Shown: piece after piece, positions 33,288 to 48,654 of the stretch
Position numbering within the stretch: position 1 is the first letter of the stretch
Layout: the number at the start of each line of letters is the position of its first letter
Assembly: GCA_965261975.1 (NCBI GenBank)
Contig: CBDHEC010000017.1
Location: 17,664-81,663 of the forward strand
From: Alphaproteobacteria bacterium
GTDB lineage: Bacteria > Pseudomonadota > Alphaproteobacteria > UBA6615
Direction: 5' to 3'
DNA: 64,000 nt
Position numbers and translations under genes: made by a program
The notes under the pieces: generated by a model
Told to the model about the DNA's origin: nothing
Databases searched by the model: none
What the model saw: only the letters and a program-made list of their open reading frames with translations

Positions 33288-34976
33288 TTATTCTAGATCG
33301 TTATCTGCTGCTGATGCACCCGCAACATCGGCAGGCATAATCCGCGGCAATTCCACGCGAAACAGGGCACCATCGCCGGTGTTCTCCGCGACCAGCGTTC
33401 CGTTCATCCCGCTGACGATGCCATAGGAAATCGAAAGCCCCAGACCTGTGCCCGAACCGGGACCTTTGGTGGTGAAGAACGGTTCGAAGAGCCGCTCGAT
33501 GTCACCGGCGGAAATACCTGGTCCGTCGTCGTGTACTTCGATCGTAACAATCTCTCGCGCGGGGTCGTCAGAGACGATGACACGCACAATACCCGCCTGA
33601 TCCGATGTGACGGAATCATCGCGCCCGGTTTCAACGGCGTCCCGGGCGTTGATCAACAAGTTGATGACCACCTGCTCGAACCGGGAAGGTTCTCCAAACA
33701 CCCGCCCACAGGCCGCGGGTGCAGACAGGCTAAGCGCAACACCACGCTGATCGAACTCCGGCCGCAACCAATCGATCGCCTGCGCCACGGACTGGGCCGG
33801 ATCGAACGCGACCTTTCGGCCATAATCATCGCGACTGACGATACGCATGCTCTGGATGGTCTCGGCCATGCGTTCGGTCTGGCCGGCAATGATTTCGAGC
33901 TGACCGTGGATCGTCTCGCCTTCTGACCCGGCATCGGCCGCCCGGAACTTGCTCTGGGTCCGCTCCGTTGCCATTCGGATGATATTCAGCGGCTGGTTGA
34001 GTTCGTGCACGACCCCGGCAGCCATCTCGCCGAGCAACGCGAGCTTGCTCGACTGGGCGAGTTGACGGTCCTTTTCGGCGATCTGGCGATCGTGATCCGC
34101 GATGCCACGCGCGGTGCGCAGCACCTGACGGACAAAAAGCAGGCTCAGCAGCAGAACAACGAGGACACCCAGGCCCCACCAAACACGCAGAGACGAGATC
34201 AATTCGGCCCCGGGATGAGGGGCGGCCCAGGTCAGCCACGCGACCGGCTGACCGTCGGGTGCATGCAGAGATATCGACGGGTTACGCAGATCTTCGGCCG
34301 GTGGCTCAAATGTGAAAGTTAGCCCCTTGACCAGAAACTCGTCTGAAATATCGCCCAGAAGTTCGGGTGATATCTCCTGGGCGTATACGAGAACTTCGCG
34401 GACGCGCCGTTCGGTTTGAGCCCCGATCGGGTTCTCGTGTGTGATCGCGCTCGCGGAGACCAGATGCAGCTTTCCGTCACGCATGAAGTATCCCGCCTCG
34501 GGCACCGGTTCGAACATGGACGCGCCCCGGGCGCGCGCGATCAGCAGGTCGAGCCCGGGGCCGAAATACCGGCGCGCATCCTCCCTGGAAGGAACACCGA
34601 AAACATATGCAATTCTCGTCGAGCCGTCCGGCGCGACGACGAAGGATTCGGAGATGCCATAAACTTCGGCTGCGTAGGTTCCGATATTGTTGTCGGCCCA
34701 ATCCTTGTTGAGGCCCTCCACCAGGTTCTCAACCGCGAGATCCCACCAGCTATTGTCATAGACCAGCGTGTCGAGATCCTCCTCGAACCCCGAGATCAGG
34801 GAACCGACAAGTGTCTTCGAACCCTCGGCCGCAATCTGGTCCTGGCCACGCGCCGAGAGGTTGATGACGATCGCGGCAGAGACAGCGACGAGCAACACGG
34901 CGAGCACAAAGGGCGTCACGAGAGGCCAAAACACCCGGACTTCGAAACGGCGTGGCGCGGAATCGGACTTGGACAT
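33288..34976 (-). CDS. Membrane sensor histidine kinase with CHASE4-like domain
   Basis: Two TMs flanking DNSWWD (CHASE4-like); H-box [10 protein letters not shown]-box [22 protein letters not shown] and GTGLGL. Confidence 0.9.
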   Translation of the reverse strand: MSKSDSAPRRFEVRVFWPLVTPFVLAVLLVAVSAAIVINLSARGQDQIAAEGSKTLVGSLISGFEEDLDTLVYDNSWWDLAVENLVEGLNKDWADNNIGTYAAEVYGISESFVVAPDGSTRIAYVFGVPSREDARRYFGPGLDLLIARARGASMFEPVPEAGYFMRDGKLHLVSASAITHENPIGAQTERRVREVLVYAQEISPELLGDISDEFLVKGLTFTFEPPAEDLRNPSISLHAPDGQPVAWLTWAAPHPGAELISSLRVWWGLGVLVVLLLSLLFVRQVLRTARGIADHDRQIAEKDRQLAQSSKLALLGEMAAGVVHELNQPLNIIRMATERTQSKFRAADAGSEGETIHGQLEIIAGQTERMAETIQSMRIVSRDDYGRKVAFDPAQSVAQAIDWLRPEFDQRGVALSLSAPAACGRVFGEPSRFEQVVINLLINARDAVETGRDDSVTSDQAGIVRVIVSDDPAREIVTIEVHDDGPGISAGDIERLFEPFFTTKGPGSGTGLGLSISYGIVSGMNGTLVAENTGDGALFRVELPRIMPADVAGASAADNDLE

Positions 34977-35135
34977 GTGTGTAAACGGACCCCAGAAATC
35001 TCCATTCAGGCTAACGCCGGCCACCGCGGCATGCAAATGTAGCCAAGTGCGGTTTGGCGCGATTCAATGTTACCTTCCGGCAGCTATCGCGCCCGGTATC
35101 ACCGGAATGATTCAACCCCAAACGGCAGCCAGATC

Positions 35136-35852
35136 ATGGTCGGATTCACACGCAAGCTTGCCCGTCGCTTTGGCGTTGACCTCACGCCTTTTCCGGGAGG
35201 TGCAAAGCATTGGAGCCATATCGTCTCGCTGCTGGCAGACCATGAGATCGATTGCGTGTTTGATGTCGGTGCCAATGTCGGCCAGTACGCGACGTCGCTC
35301 AGAAGAAACGGCTACACCGGAAGGATCGTCTCGTTCGAGCCGCTTGCCGCGGCCCATGCCGAAACCGCCAAGCGAGCGGCAAACGACCCCAAATGGGAGG
35401 TGGCCCCGCGCGCTGCCATCGGTGCCGCACCCGGCGAGACCGAAATCCATGTCTCGGCGGAATCCGACATGAGCTCCATCCTGCCACTCGACGCAACCGC
35501 GCAAGAACGCCTTGCCAGCACCCGCCCGACAGGTATCGAACGGGTTGTGGTCACGACAATCGCCGAAGCGCTCGACACTCACACTACGACGGATACACGC
35601 GTGTTCGTGAAATCCGACACCCAGGGCTACGAGGCCCAGCTGCTTGCCGGAATCGGCACATCATGGGACCGCGTCTCGGGGATACAGCTCGAACTCTCCA
35701 TCCAGTCGATCTATGAGGGACAGCCCGACCATCTTCCCCTGCTCACCGAGCTCGCCGCGCAGGGACTGCGGCCACATCTCGTGATCCCCGGCTACTGGAG
35801 CCGCCACTATGGCCGGATGCTGGAGTATGACGTGGTGTGTTTCCGCGACTAG
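35136..35852 (+). CDS. FkbM family methyltransferase
   Basis: FDVGANVGQY, SFEP, MSSIL and KSDTQGYE motifs. Confidence 0.9.
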   Translation: MVGFTRKLARRFGVDLTPFPGGAKHWSHIVSLLADHEIDCVFDVGANVGQYATSLRRNGYTGRIVSFEPLAAAHAETAKRAANDPKWEVAPRAAIGAAPGETEIHVSAESDMSSILPLDATAQERLASTRPTGIERVVVTTIAEALDTHTTTDTRVFVKSDTQGYEAQLLAGIGTSWDRVSGIQLELSIQSIYEGQPDHLPLLTELAAQGLRPHLVIPGYWSRHYGRMLEYDVVCFRD

Positions 35853-36820
35853 CTTTTCTGCGCCCGGGGGTGCGCCTTGCTGTAGACATCAAGCAGGCGC
35901 GCACTATCGACGTCGGTATAGCGCTGGGTGGTCGACAAGGATTCATGGCCGAGCAACTCCTGGATAGCCCGCAAATCCCCGCCGGCAGACAGCAGATGTG
36001 TCGCGAAGGAGTGGCGCAACGCATGCGGGGTGGTCTCGCGCGGCAACCCCAGGGCGAGCCGCAAGGCCTGCACCCGCTTTTGCACCACCCGCGGACCGAG
36101 CCGTCCACCCCTGACCCCGACAAACAGCGGACCATTCGGCGTCAACGGATGCGGGCAGGTCGACAGATACACGTCGAGCGCTTCGCTGACAGCGGGCAAG
36201 ACCGGCACCATCCTCGTCTTCCCGCCCTTGCCTACCACTGTAAGGCTCCCGTCCCGGGGCATGTCTTTCTGGTTAAGCTCCAGCGCTTCGGAGATCCGCA
36301 GCCCGCAACCGTAGAGCAACAGGATGACCGCAATATCGCGCGCAGTGATCCATGCCGGCGCCGCGTCCCCCTGATCCAGAGCCTGCAGCAGATCTTCCGT
36401 TTCGGGGCGACTCAACGCCTTGGGAACGGCGTGGGGCAACCGGGGGCCGCGCACTGCACCAATGGCAGGGTTGTGGCCAAGCCCTTCCCGATCAAGATAC
36501 CGGAACAGCATGCGCACGGACGAAAGCGCGCGGGCGGTCGAACTCCGGGCGTATCCGGACGTGCTGCGCATCGCCAGCCAGGCGCGGAAGTCGCCCGGCT
36601 TGAGAGCGAAAAGGGTCGCGAGTGAAATCGTTCCACCGCAATGTTCGGACAGAAACTCCAGGAACGCGCTTACATCACGGAGATAGGCCGATATCGTGTG
36701 TTCAGATGCACGACGTTCGGTGAGAAGCAGGTTCTGCCAAAGCTCCAGCGCACCGCTCAGGTCGCGCGCAGCCGGCACTGATGAGAAATCAAATTTTTTC
36801 AGCGCGGCAGGTCGAGCCAT
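35849..36820 (-). CDS. xerC: Tyrosine recombinase XerC
   Basis: LYGCGLRISE, GKGGK, TPHALRHSFATH and LLGHESLSTTQRY motifs. Downstream of DUF484. Confidence 0.93.
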   Translation of the reverse strand: MARPAALKKFDFSSVPAARDLSGALELWQNLLLTERRASEHTISAYLRDVSAFLEFLSEHCGGTISLATLFALKPGDFRAWLAMRSTSGYARSSTARALSSVRMLFRYLDREGLGHNPAIGAVRGPRLPHAVPKALSRPETEDLLQALDQGDAAPAWITARDIAVILLLYGCGLRISEALELNQKDMPRDGSLTVVGKGGKTRMVPVLPAVSEALDVYLSTCPHPLTPNGPLFVGVRGGRLGPRVVQKRVQALRLALGLPRETTPHALRHSFATHLLSAGGDLRAIQELLGHESLSTTQRYTDVDSARLLDVYSKAHPRAQKS

Positions 36821-37530
36821 GTGCGGATGCTGTGCTCCATGATAGCCGCCAGGAACACCAGAAGTTCCGATCCCTGGCCTTCGTGAAAGCGTTGCGGATC
36901 CCGGCTCCCGAGCGCCAGCAGCGCGACCGGCGCATCCTCGCGCACAGTCAGGCGCAACAACACCTCAGACCGGACGAGACCTGCCGCTTCGCCATACAGC
37001 CTGCGATCACCCTCTATGTCTTCACGAAGGGTTACCGCTCGCGAGATATCAACAAGACGCTCGATGGTGCCCACGGGGACAACGCGCACACCTTGATTGT
37101 TGCCCGGCGCAACCGTGCCGCCCTCGAGACACAGCGCGGCCGCATCGACGTGCAAAAGACCGACCAGGTCGATCGTGAGAATTTCAATCAGATGATCGAG
37201 CGAGCGCGCCTTGAGAAGCGCGACGACGGCGGCATGAACCCGGTTCTGGCTTTGCAGGTTCGAGCGGCCGGCATCGATAAGGTCGGTACACTGCTCACGT
37301 TGCTTGCCGAGGTCCGCGCGCACACGTGCGAGCATGGCATCCTGTAAATCGACAACCTCGCCACCCGCCGGATCAACATCGGCGAACGCGCGTTCGGGTG
37401 CTTCGAGAACCGACAGCAGCTCGGGGCGGCGCTTGAGGAAATCGGGGTTGGTTTTCAGAAACTCCGCGACCCGGTCTTCGCTCAGCTCGACCGGTTCCGG
37501 CGCGTCCTGCCGCGGGGCCTTGGTGCTCAC
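36799..37530 (-). CDS. DUF484 family protein
   Basis: FLKTNPDFL, VVDLQ and LLALGSRD..RF..GQGSELL motifs; canonical position upstream of xerC. Confidence 0.88.
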   Translation of the reverse strand: MSTKAPRQDAPEPVELSEDRVAEFLKTNPDFLKRRPELLSVLEAPERAFADVDPAGGEVVDLQDAMLARVRADLGKQREQCTDLIDAGRSNLQSQNRVHAAVVALLKARSLDHLIEILTIDLVGLLHVDAAALCLEGGTVAPGNNQGVRVVPVGTIERLVDISRAVTLREDIEGDRRLYGEAAGLVRSEVLLRLTVREDAPVALLALGSRDPQRFHEGQGSELLVFLAAIMEHSIRTWLDLPR

Positions 37531-37554
37531 GCCCGCACCCCCGCGATCTGTTCT

Positions 37555-38244
37555 CTATTCTGCGGCATTCTTCCGGTCATTCGCCTGTTCCAGGATCGAC
37601 TGCCCGGTTGCCTCCCAATCCTTCATGAATGCCGCGAGCCCCTTATCCGTCAGCGGGTGCTGATAGAGCTGCCGCAGAACACCCGGCGGCAAGGTCGCGA
37701 CATGCGCACCGGCCACCGCGGATTCGACCACATGCGCGGGGCCGCGGATCGACGCGACCAGCACCTCGGTCTCGAAGTTGTCATACTGGGAATAGATTTC
37801 GACGATATCCTCGATCAGGTCGAGGCCACGCAAACCCATGTCGTCGAGACGCCCGACAAACGGTGAAATGAAACTCGCGCCCGCCTTGGCGGCCAGAACA
37901 GCCTGTGCGGCAGAGAAACAAAGGGTCACGTTGACCATGATGTCGCGATCACGCAGCGTCTTGCATGTCTTCAGGCCGTCCGGCGTCAGCGGGACCTTGA
38001 TCGCCACGTTCGACGCGATGGCGGCGAGCACGTCGGCTTCGGCCATCATGGTCTCGAAATCCGGCGCGGTGACCTCCGCGCTAACCGGTCCGGGGACGAC
38101 GTCGCAAATCTCGGCAATGACATCGAGCATGTTGCGCCCAGACTTCGCGATCAGGGACGGGTTCGTGGTCACACCATCCACAAGGCCGCTATCGGCCAGA
38201 TCACGAATTTCCGCCAGATCGGCAGTATCCACAAAAAACTTCAT
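37555..38244 (-). CDS. tal: Transaldolase / fructose-6-phosphate aldolase (TalC family)
   Basis: [37 protein letters not shown] and HPLTDKGL motifs. Confidence 0.93.
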   Translation of the reverse strand: MKFFVDTADLAEIRDLADSGLVDGVTTNPSLIAKSGRNMLDVIAEICDVVPGPVSAEVTAPDFETMMAEADVLAAIASNVAIKVPLTPDGLKTCKTLRDRDIMVNVTLCFSAAQAVLAAKAGASFISPFVGRLDDMGLRGLDLIEDIVEIYSQYDNFETEVLVASIRGPAHVVESAVAGAHVATLPPGVLRQLYQHPLTDKGLAAFMKDWEATGQSILEQANDRKNAAE

Positions 38245-38396
38245 TCCCCGAATTCCTTCTTCTGCGCCATGTTTTCGAAGCGCCAGGACTCTATCCCCGC
38301 AGAGACCTGCGCCATGCGTTGGCCCGCTGCGAGTCGCCGGATAAAGTGTACCCGATGCCCCTGACCGACACCACTGCACCCAGACAGGACAACCCG

Positions 38397-40571
38397 ATGG
38401 ACGAGGCCGGCGAAACGGTCAGTGTTTTGCTGCCGCTGCCGGTCGCCGGCCCGTATGACTACAAGGTGCCGCCGGACATGACCCTGCAACCGGGTGACTT
38501 CGTACACGCCCCCCTGGGGTCGCGCGAGATGACCGGCGTGGTATGGGGCCCGGCCATCGGCGACGTGGACGAGAAGAAACTGCGCCCCGTCACCGACCGG
38601 ATCGACACCCGCGCGCTGCCCGAAGAGCTCCGGCGCTTCGTCGACTGGGTCGCCGCCTATACGCTGAGTGCACCCGGCGCCGTGCTGCGGATGGCGCTAC
38701 GCTCGCCGGACGCACTGGCACCGCCGAAGCCTGTCACGGCTTTTCTGGCCGCGACACCGCCCGAAGGGCTGCGCATGACGCCGGCGCGGATCCGGGTTCT
38801 TGATGCATTGCGTGACGGCCCCCCTCTCACCGCCCGCGATCTGGCGAGTGAAGCCGGAGTCACACAGGGTGTGATCAAGGGACTGGCCGATGCCGGTGCC
38901 GTCGAGCGTGTCGAACTTGCGCCGCCGCCCGCCTTCGCCGTCCCGGACATCTCCCGACCGGGCATGGCGCTGTCGGACGACCAGACCCAGGCCGCGACCG
39001 CGCTCTGTCATGATGTGGAGGCCGATAGTTTTTCGGTCACATTGCTGGATGGGGTCACGGGCTCGGGTAAGACGGAAGTCTATTTCGAGGCACTCGCAAC
39101 CGCGCTGGGCGCTGGCAGGCAGGTGTTGGTGCTGTTGCCGGAAATAGCCCTGACGCCGCAATGGCTCGACCGTTTCGAACGACGCTTTGGCGTCGCCCCC
39201 GCGGTCTGGCATTCGGACCTCGGCCAGGTTCGCCGCCGCAAGACCTGGCGCGCTGTGGCCGACGGCGAAGCGCGTGTCGTGGTTGGTGCGCGCTCGGCGC
39301 TTTTCCTGCCCTTTCCCGAACTGGGCCTGATCGTCGTTGATGAAGAGCATGAATCCGCCTTCAAGCAGGAAGACGGGGTGGCCTATCACGGCCGCGACAT
39401 GGCCGTCGTACGCGCCAGGATCGCCGATTGTCCGATCATTGTCGCGTCCGCCACACCCTCCCTGGAAACCCGCGTCAATGTGGCGCGAGAACGCTATAAG
39501 GCGATCGCGCTGCCCGAAAGGTTCGGTCGCTCGGCGCTGCCGACGATCGAGACCATCGATATGCGTGACGGCGACTTGCGCGCCGACCGCTTTCTCTCCG
39601 AACCGCTGGTCGAGGCACTCAAGGCAAACATGGCCGACGGCGAGCAGGCGCTGCTGTTCCTCAACCGCCGCGGCTACGCGCCCCTCACCTTGTGCCGCAC
39701 CTGCGGCCACCGCTTCGCCTGCCCGAGCTGCAGCGCGTGGTTGACGGAGCACCGTTTTCGAAAGCGACTCCAGTGCCATCACTGCGGCTATGAGGTCCCG
39801 ATCCCGACAAATTGCCCCTCCTGCGACAACACCGACACGCTCGTGGCGTGTGGCCCGGGTGTCGAGCGCATCGCCGAAGAGGTCAGAACGATGCTGCCCG
39901 AAGCGCGCATGGAGATCATGACCAGCGACACCATGCGGGGTCCGGAGGCCGCGCAGCGGCTGGTCCGTTCGGTCGAGGACCAGGAGATCGACATCCTGAT
40001 CGGCACCCAGATGGTCGCCAAGGGTCATCATTTCCCGAACCTGACCCTCGTCGGGATCGTCGATGCTGATTTGGGCCTCGCCGGCGGTGACTTGCGTGCG
40101 GCCGAGCGCACCTATCAGGTATTGCAGCAGGTTTCGGGCAGAGCGGGGCGCGCCGAGCGTCCTGGCCGGGTGCTGATTCAAACCTTCCAGCCCGAACATC
40201 CCGTCATGAAAGCACTGGCTTCCGGTGACAGGGATGGTTTCATGGCGCTCGAGACGGATGCACGGCGAATGGGTGACTGGCCGCCATTCGGACGTCTGGC
40301 GGCCATTATTGTGTCCAGCCGGGATCCGCAGGTGGCCGATGAACTTGCACGCGCACTAGCGCGTTGCGCACCCGACGGCCCCGGCGTGCGAGTGCTCGGG
40401 CCGGCACCGGCACCTCTGTCACTGCTGCGCGGCCGGCACCGTCGGCGGCTCTTGCTCAAGGCCGGCCTGGACCAGCAAATTCAGGGTCTTGTCAGGTCCT
40501 GGCTATCGCAGGTCAAGGTTCCTTCCAGCGCGCGGGTGCGGGTGGACATCGATCCCTACAGCTTCCTCTAG
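38397..40571 (+). CDS. priA: Primosomal protein N'
   Basis: [21 protein letters not shown], four CxxC pairs, QVSGRAGR and DIDP motifs. Start could alternatively be 38355. Confidence 0.96.
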   Translation: MDEAGETVSVLLPLPVAGPYDYKVPPDMTLQPGDFVHAPLGSREMTGVVWGPAIGDVDEKKLRPVTDRIDTRALPEELRRFVDWVAAYTLSAPGAVLRMALRSPDALAPPKPVTAFLAATPPEGLRMTPARIRVLDALRDGPPLTARDLASEAGVTQGVIKGLADAGAVERVELAPPPAFAVPDISRPGMALSDDQTQAATALCHDVEADSFSVTLLDGVTGSGKTEVYFEALATALGAGRQVLVLLPEIALTPQWLDRFERRFGVAPAVWHSDLGQVRRRKTWRAVADGEARVVVGARSALFLPFPELGLIVVDEEHESAFKQEDGVAYHGRDMAVVRARIADCPIIVASATPSLETRVNVARERYKAIALPERFGRSALPTIETIDMRDGDLRADRFLSEPLVEALKANMADGEQALLFLNRRGYAPLTLCRTCGHRFACPSCSAWLTEHRFRKRLQCHHCGYEVPIPTNCPSCDNTDTLVACGPGVERIAEEVRTMLPEARMEIMTSDTMRGPEAAQRLVRSVEDQEIDILIGTQMVAKGHHFPNLTLVGIVDADLGLAGGDLRAAERTYQVLQQVSGRAGRAERPGRVLIQTFQPEHPVMKALASGDRDGFMALETDARRMGDWPPFGRLAAIIVSSRDPQVADELARALARCAPDGPGVRVLGPAPAPLSLLRGRHRRRLLLKAGLDQQIQGLVRSWLSQVKVPSSARVRVDIDPYSFL

Positions 40572-40769
40572 AGGCGCGGTTTTCGTTGCCGCCGGTTCGC
40601 GCGAACATGCGCGACGAAACGCCGCCATGGCGAACCTCTGAAAACCCGGTGTTTTTCTACAGTTTTTGCGCTGCGGTACGCTTGCCAGCCCCCAAGCCGT
40701 ATGCTACCAAGCGCCTGCCTTATCGGCGGGTCTCTTCCCGTTATCTGGCAGCCGAAAAATATCAATAGA

Positions 40770-40782
40770 TATCAATCGGTTA
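40770..40782 (+). promoter_or_regulatory. IHF consensus site upstream of atpH
   Basis: TATCAATCGGTTA matches WATCAANNNNTTR, with an A-rich 5' flank. Confidence 0.5.
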
Positions 40783-40829
40783 CAACTAATCGCGCAAGCA
40801 AAAACAGGCTCCGGGGGGGCAGTCGCACA

Positions 40830-41387
40830 GTGGCGGCAGATACAAGTGTTGTCGGCGATATTGCAGAACGGTACGGGCTCGCGTTGTACGAGCTCGCGGA
40901 CGAGGCAAAATGCCTCGACGAAGTGGCCGGCGATCTCGCGGACCTGAAACAACTCATCACGGACAGCGAGGAGCTGACGAAGCTCCTGCGTTCCCCGCTG
41001 ATCGACCGCGACGACAAGGCGCGTGCGATGGGGGTGATCCTCGAGCGAGGCGCCGCGAACGAACTCACCCGCCGATTTGTCGGTGTGGCCGCCGGGAACA
41101 ACCGGCTGTTCGCGCTATCCGCGATGATCGAGGCCTATCTGGCCGAACTTGCGCGCCGACGCGGCGAAATCACCGCCGAGGTGACATCAGCCCGCGCGCT
41201 GAATGACGAACAACTGCAGCAGCTCACCGAGAGCCTGCGTGCAAAGTTGGGTGGAAAAATAGCCGTCGAACCGAAAGTGGACGCCTCGCTCATTGGCGGG
41301 CTGGTGGTCCGGGTTGGTTCGCGGATGATCGATGCATCGCTGAAAACAAAGCTTCAGCGCCTGCAATACGCCATGAAGGGAGCGTAG
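40830..41387 (+). CDS. atpH: ATP synthase F1 delta subunit
   Basis: GTG start; IAERYGLAL and LIGGLVVRVGSRMIDASL motifs. Confidence 0.95.
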   Translation: MAADTSVVGDIAERYGLALYELADEAKCLDEVAGDLADLKQLITDSEELTKLLRSPLIDRDDKARAMGVILERGAANELTRRFVGVAAGNNRLFALSAMIEAYLAELARRRGEITAEVTSARALNDEQLQQLTESLRAKLGGKIAVEPKVDASLIGGLVVRVGSRMIDASLKTKLQRLQYAMKGA

Positions 41388-41390
41388 AGG

Positions 41391-42920
<1,530 letters not shown>

Positions 42921-42949
42921 CACCGACCGGACAGGGCAAAGACAAGACG

Positions 42950-43852
42950 ATGGCCAGTCTCAAGGAATTCCGCGTCAGGATCGCTTCGGTGAAGTCGACG
43001 CAGCGTATTACGTCGGCGATGAAGATGGTCGCCGCCGCAAAGCTGCGCCGTGCGCAGGAAGAAGCGATCGCGGCCCGACCCTATTCCGAACGCATGGAAC
43101 GCATGCTGGGGTCGCTCGCGGAAAGCGCCGCGGCATCAGGCAATGCACCGCCCCTGCTCGCCGGCAGCGGCAAGGACAACGTCCATCTGCTCGTGGTCAT
43201 GACCACCGACCGCGGCCTGTGCGGCGGCTTCAACGGCAGCATCACCCGCTGGGCCCGCCAGCGAATTCTTGAACTCCGCGCCGACGGCAAAGAGGTCAAG
43301 ATTCTCATGGTCGGCCGCAAGGGACGCGGCATTCTGCGCTCCGAGTTCGACAGCATGATCATCGACACCCTCGAGGACACGGCGCGTCCCGCGCCCCGCT
43401 TCGAGACCGCGGTTGAGATTGCCCAGCGCGTGCGCACCATGTTCGAGGCGGGCGAAATCGATGTCTGCACGATTGTCTACAACAAGTTCATTTCTGCGCT
43501 GACCCAGGATGTCACGCCACAGCAGCTGATCCCGTTCGCGCTGCCCGAGGCCGACGAGTCCAACGCCGAGGACGCCAACTCGGATATCGCCGGCAACGCG
43601 GCCTATGAATACGAACCCGACGAAAAAGAAATCCTCACGGATTTGCTGCCGCGCAACCTGTCGGTTCAGGTTTTCCGCGCGATGCTCGAATCATTCGCCT
43701 CCGAACAGGGTGCGCGGATGACGGCCATGGACAGCGCCACACGAAACGCGGGCGACATGATCAACCGCTTGACCATCGAGTATAACCGAACACGCCAGGC
43801 GGCGATCACAACAGAACTCATTGAAATCATCTCTGGCGCGGAAGCGCTCTAG
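42950..43852 (+). CDS. atpG: ATP synthase F1 gamma subunit
   Basis: [21 protein letters not shown] and [19 protein letters not shown] motifs. Confidence 0.98.
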   Translation: MASLKEFRVRIASVKSTQRITSAMKMVAAAKLRRAQEEAIAARPYSERMERMLGSLAESAAASGNAPPLLAGSGKDNVHLLVVMTTDRGLCGGFNGSITRWARQRILELRADGKEVKILMVGRKGRGILRSEFDSMIIDTLEDTARPAPRFETAVEIAQRVRTMFEAGEIDVCTIVYNKFISALTQDVTPQQLIPFALPEADESNAEDANSDIAGNAAYEYEPDEKEILTDLLPRNLSVQVFRAMLESFASEQGARMTAMDSATRNAGDMINRLTIEYNRTRQAAITTELIEIISGAEAL

Positions 43853-45309
<1,457 letters not shown>

Positions 45310-45330
45310 CGGCCTAGCAGGAGACGACGC

Positions 45331-45753
45331 GTGGCGGACAACGCGGTTCAGTTCGAACTTGTTTCACCCGAGAAGCTTTTGCTCTCGGAAGACGTCGAGA
45401 TGGTGGTGGTTCCCGGTGCCGAAGGTGACTTCGGTGTTCTGCCGGGACATTCACCCATGATTTCGACCGTACGCCCCGGCGTGATCCACGTTTTCGAAGG
45501 TGGATCGGTTACATCACGCATTTTCGTGGCAGGCGGCTTTGCTGAAGTCACGGCGGAGCGCTGCACCGTCCTGGCCGAAGAAGCCGTGCCGCTCGACGAG
45601 ATCGACCGCGCGGGTGTCGAGAAAGACCTGCGGGACGCGAATGAGGATATTCGTGATGCTGCCGGTGACGAGGCCCAGCTGGGCCTGGCGGAAGCGCGGG
45701 CAGCTACGGCACGTGCGAAACTCACCTCACTCGACAATCTGGTCTATCAATAA
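45331..45753 (+). CDS. atpC: ATP synthase F1 epsilon subunit
   Basis: ELVSPEK, GDFGVLPGH and FVAGGFAEV motifs. Confidence 0.96.
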   Translation: MADNAVQFELVSPEKLLLSEDVEMVVVPGAEGDFGVLPGHSPMISTVRPGVIHVFEGGSVTSRIFVAGGFAEVTAERCTVLAEEAVPLDEIDRAGVEKDLRDANEDIRDAAGDEAQLGLAEARAATARAKLTSLDNLVYQ

Positions 45754-45766
45754 AATCAACGATTTG
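45754..45766 (+). promoter_or_regulatory. IHF consensus site immediately after atpC
   Basis: AATCAACGATTTG matches WATCAANNNNTTR. Confidence 0.45.
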
Positions 45767-45873
45767 CCCTAATTCGCACTTCTGTGCACAGGGTTTTGAC
45801 TGCACAGCATATCCGACGATATATAATGGTGACGTGGACATCGGGTCCGCAGGCCATTCGTTGATGTGACGTC

Positions 45874-46722
45874 ATGATCGCAGACCAAAGCCGACATTGG
45901 ACGCCCGACGACATCCCGTGGGATCAGTTTGATCCGGCGAAGGTTGATCCGGAGATGCTGAGCATCGTCAAAGCCGCGGCGATGGTCGAGTATAACGGCA
46001 ACACCTATGCCGACTATTTGTGCAATGTCTTCAATGACGACCCGGATTTCCAGCAGGCCGCACGACGCTGGTCGCTCGAAGAGGTCCAGCACGGAGAGGT
46101 GTTGGCGCGCTGGGCGCAGATGGCCGACCCGTCGTTTGATTTCAGAACCCGTTTCACCGATTTCTCGGAGAAGATTCAACTCCCCATGGCGGCTGAAGAA
46201 TCAGTCCGCGGCACACGCTGCGGCGAGTTGGTCGCGCGCTGCATGGTGGAAGTCGGCACCTCGTCCTACTACACCGCCTTGCGCGAAGCGACCGACGAAC
46301 CCGTGCTACGCGAAATTTGCCGCCGCATCGCCCAGGACGAAATCCGGCACTACAAGCTGTTCTATATGCATATGGAACGCTACCGGACGATCGAGGGTCT
46401 GGGGAAAATCAAGCGGTTGATGGTCGGCATCGGCCGGATTGGCGAAAGCGAAGACGATGAACTCGCCTATGCTTACTACGCAGCCAACAACCATGGTGAG
46501 CCCTATGACCGCAAGCGCTGCATTCGCGCCTACATGTCTCGGGCTTACGGCTTCTACGAGACCCACCATGTGGAACGCGCGGTCACATTGATCTTCAAGG
46601 CCGTGGGCTTTTCGCCGCACGGAAAGATCGCCAACTGGATTGCCCGCGCGACCTGTTGGTTCATGAACTTTCGCGCCAACGACCGCGATGAGACGCCCCC
46701 TGGGCGCCCTCAGGCGATATAA
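45874..46722 (+). CDS. Ferritin-like di-iron protein (acyl-ACP desaturase-like)
   Basis: [17 protein letters not shown] and IAQDEIRHY (paired ExxH motifs). Confidence 0.82.
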   Translation: MIADQSRHWTPDDIPWDQFDPAKVDPEMLSIVKAAAMVEYNGNTYADYLCNVFNDDPDFQQAARRWSLEEVQHGEVLARWAQMADPSFDFRTRFTDFSEKIQLPMAAEESVRGTRCGELVARCMVEVGTSSYYTALREATDEPVLREICRRIAQDEIRHYKLFYMHMERYRTIEGLGKIKRLMVGIGRIGESEDDELAYAYYAANNHGEPYDRKRCIRAYMSRAYGFYETHHVERAVTLIFKAVGFSPHGKIANWIARATCWFMNFRANDRDETPPGRPQAI

Positions 46723-47189
46723 GGCCGAAATATCTCGACCACAGCCTCATACAAGGGGCGTTTGAACTCGACAATAAGCTGCGGTACTTCGTCGAGATCG
46801 ACCCATCGCCAACGCGCGAATTCGGGTGATTCCACACCACTCACATCGATTTCGGAATCGCTGCCGAGATAGCGAAAGGCAAACCATTTCTGCATCTGGC
46901 CCCGCCAGCGCCCTTTCCAGGCCCGTCCCGCCAGTTCCGCAGGCAGATCATACTTCAACCAATCCGGCGCCTCGGCCAGGAACGAGACGTTCGAAACACT
47001 GGTTTCCTCGTTGAGTTCCCGCAAGGCCGCGGACCGGGGGTCTTCGCCGGTATCGATCCCCCCCTGAGGCATCTGCCAGGCGCCGGGAAAATCATGGCGC
47101 TCACCGACCCAAACCCGACCCTCGGCATTCGCCAACATGATGCCGGCGCAAGGGCGATAAAATCGTGCGTCAGTCTCGTTCGCGATCAA
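46710..47189 (-). CDS. rppH: RNA pyrophosphohydrolase (Nudix)
   Basis: [28 protein letters not shown] Nudix box, GQMQKWF. TTG start overlaps the upstream stop. Confidence 0.93.
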   Translation of the reverse strand: MIANETDARFYRPCAGIMLANAEGRVWVGERHDFPGAWQMPQGGIDTGEDPRSAALRELNEETSVSNVSFLAEAPDWLKYDLPAELAGRAWKGRWRGQMQKWFAFRYLGSDSEIDVSGVESPEFARWRWVDLDEVPQLIVEFKRPLYEAVVEIFRPYIA

Positions 47190-48620
47190 CGGTCGGCCTG
47201 CGTGTTGACCACCGCAGACACGGGCACCAGGGCGAGCCCCTTGCTCTCCAGCGTCTGTGCCCATTCGCGAACGCGTTCGATCGTAACGGGGAACGCCTGC
47301 CCGATCGCAATCGAGACGCCCGCATCCTTGGCGATCCGTTCGAGCTCTATCAATCGGGCATCGATGGTCACGCGAGACACCTCCCGCGAATCCAGGAATC
47401 GGTCATTGATCGCACGGGTCATGCCTGCATTTCGCGACGCCAATTTGTCGGTCGCAAGGCTTCGACGCCGATTTTCCCGCGTGTCGACCATACAGCAGGC
47501 CGCGACGCCTTCAATCTCCGCCAGGATGGGACTTCATCGCTTCGCGCGTGGCTTCGTGCCGAGCCCGGATCCCATATAGGTCGACCACTCCGACATACCC
47601 CGTTCACCCGGCTGAGAACGCCCATTCGCAGCTCGCTCGAAGGTTCTGGTCGATCCGGTGACAGGGTGGCAAGCAGCGTGCGCGGACCCGGATCGCTGGC
47701 AGGGATAGTCGAGCAGGCTCCATCGGGAAGATCGATCAAGACCTCGTGCCCTGCCGTCGCGCGCGAGCTCTTGTCGATCCACTCTTTCTGGATTCTTGTC
47801 TGCAAGGCGGCTGAAAGGACAGCGTGACTTCGCCCGGCATCGACTCTGATATGGCTGCTTGCGTGGCAGAGATTCCGAGAGGCCGAGCCCGCTGAGAATG
47901 ACGATGGCGATGCGGGGTCGATCTCGTCTAGCAGGCTGTAGGGCCGGGCGCGCATAGACCCGCCACGGTTCGAACCCGTCCGTCTTTGCCGATCACTCGG
48001 CAGCGGGCCGAGACTCGACTTTGCTCGATCAACGCCGGATTCGGAGCCGGCCGTAATCCGCGATGCAGGTTGTATCGGCAACTGCCGGAACTGGCGGCGA
48101 TTTGTTCGCCTGCTTGGGCGCATCCGTTTCGGGCGCCGGCGGTGGCACGGTTGCCGTATCGCTTGGCTTCCCGGACGCCGGCTCGAGCGACCGGGTCCTG
48201 CCGTCGACCGCCGCTGGCGTCCGGCCGGCAACGGTTTGGCAGGCGTCTCGATAGCCTTGTTCAAGGACATGCGTGATCTTTCGCGGCCTCATCGTCCGGA
48301 CCGCCCGGCTGTATCCGACTGGACCCGGCAAGAAAGCCGCCATGTTCGTCCGCCGCCGGCACATCGGGTGGCGTCGACACACCCTCGCCGGTGAGTGCCG
48401 TTTCAGGCTCGGCAATCAGCAACGACCGTCGCCGAAGCGAGTTACTGTCAGGCCGCGTTGTCGCGGCGGTTTCCGGATTCTCGGGCGGATCGGCCGTAAT
48501 GCCGATGACAACCGCCGCGATCAGCCCGGCCAGCACGACAAAAAGCGTGACGGCAATTGCAGACGGCAGGAGAACGCGCCAGCTCAACCCGAACTTCGCT
48601 TCGCCGAATTCCTCGCTCAT
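47186..48620 (-). pseudogene. Divergent polysaccharide deacetylase (YibQ-like) broken by multiple frameshifts, probably sequencing errors
   Basis: Fragments [37 protein letters not shown] and LVPVSAV lie in different frames; position between ctpA and rppH. Confidence 0.7.
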
Positions 48621-48654
48621 ACCTTGATCCGCATCCCGAGATGCGCCCGATTGC

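Noticed and set aside
35849-36820. Tyrosine recombinase as a phage or island integrase
   Set aside because: Sequence and the DUF484-xerC context fit the housekeeping XerC.
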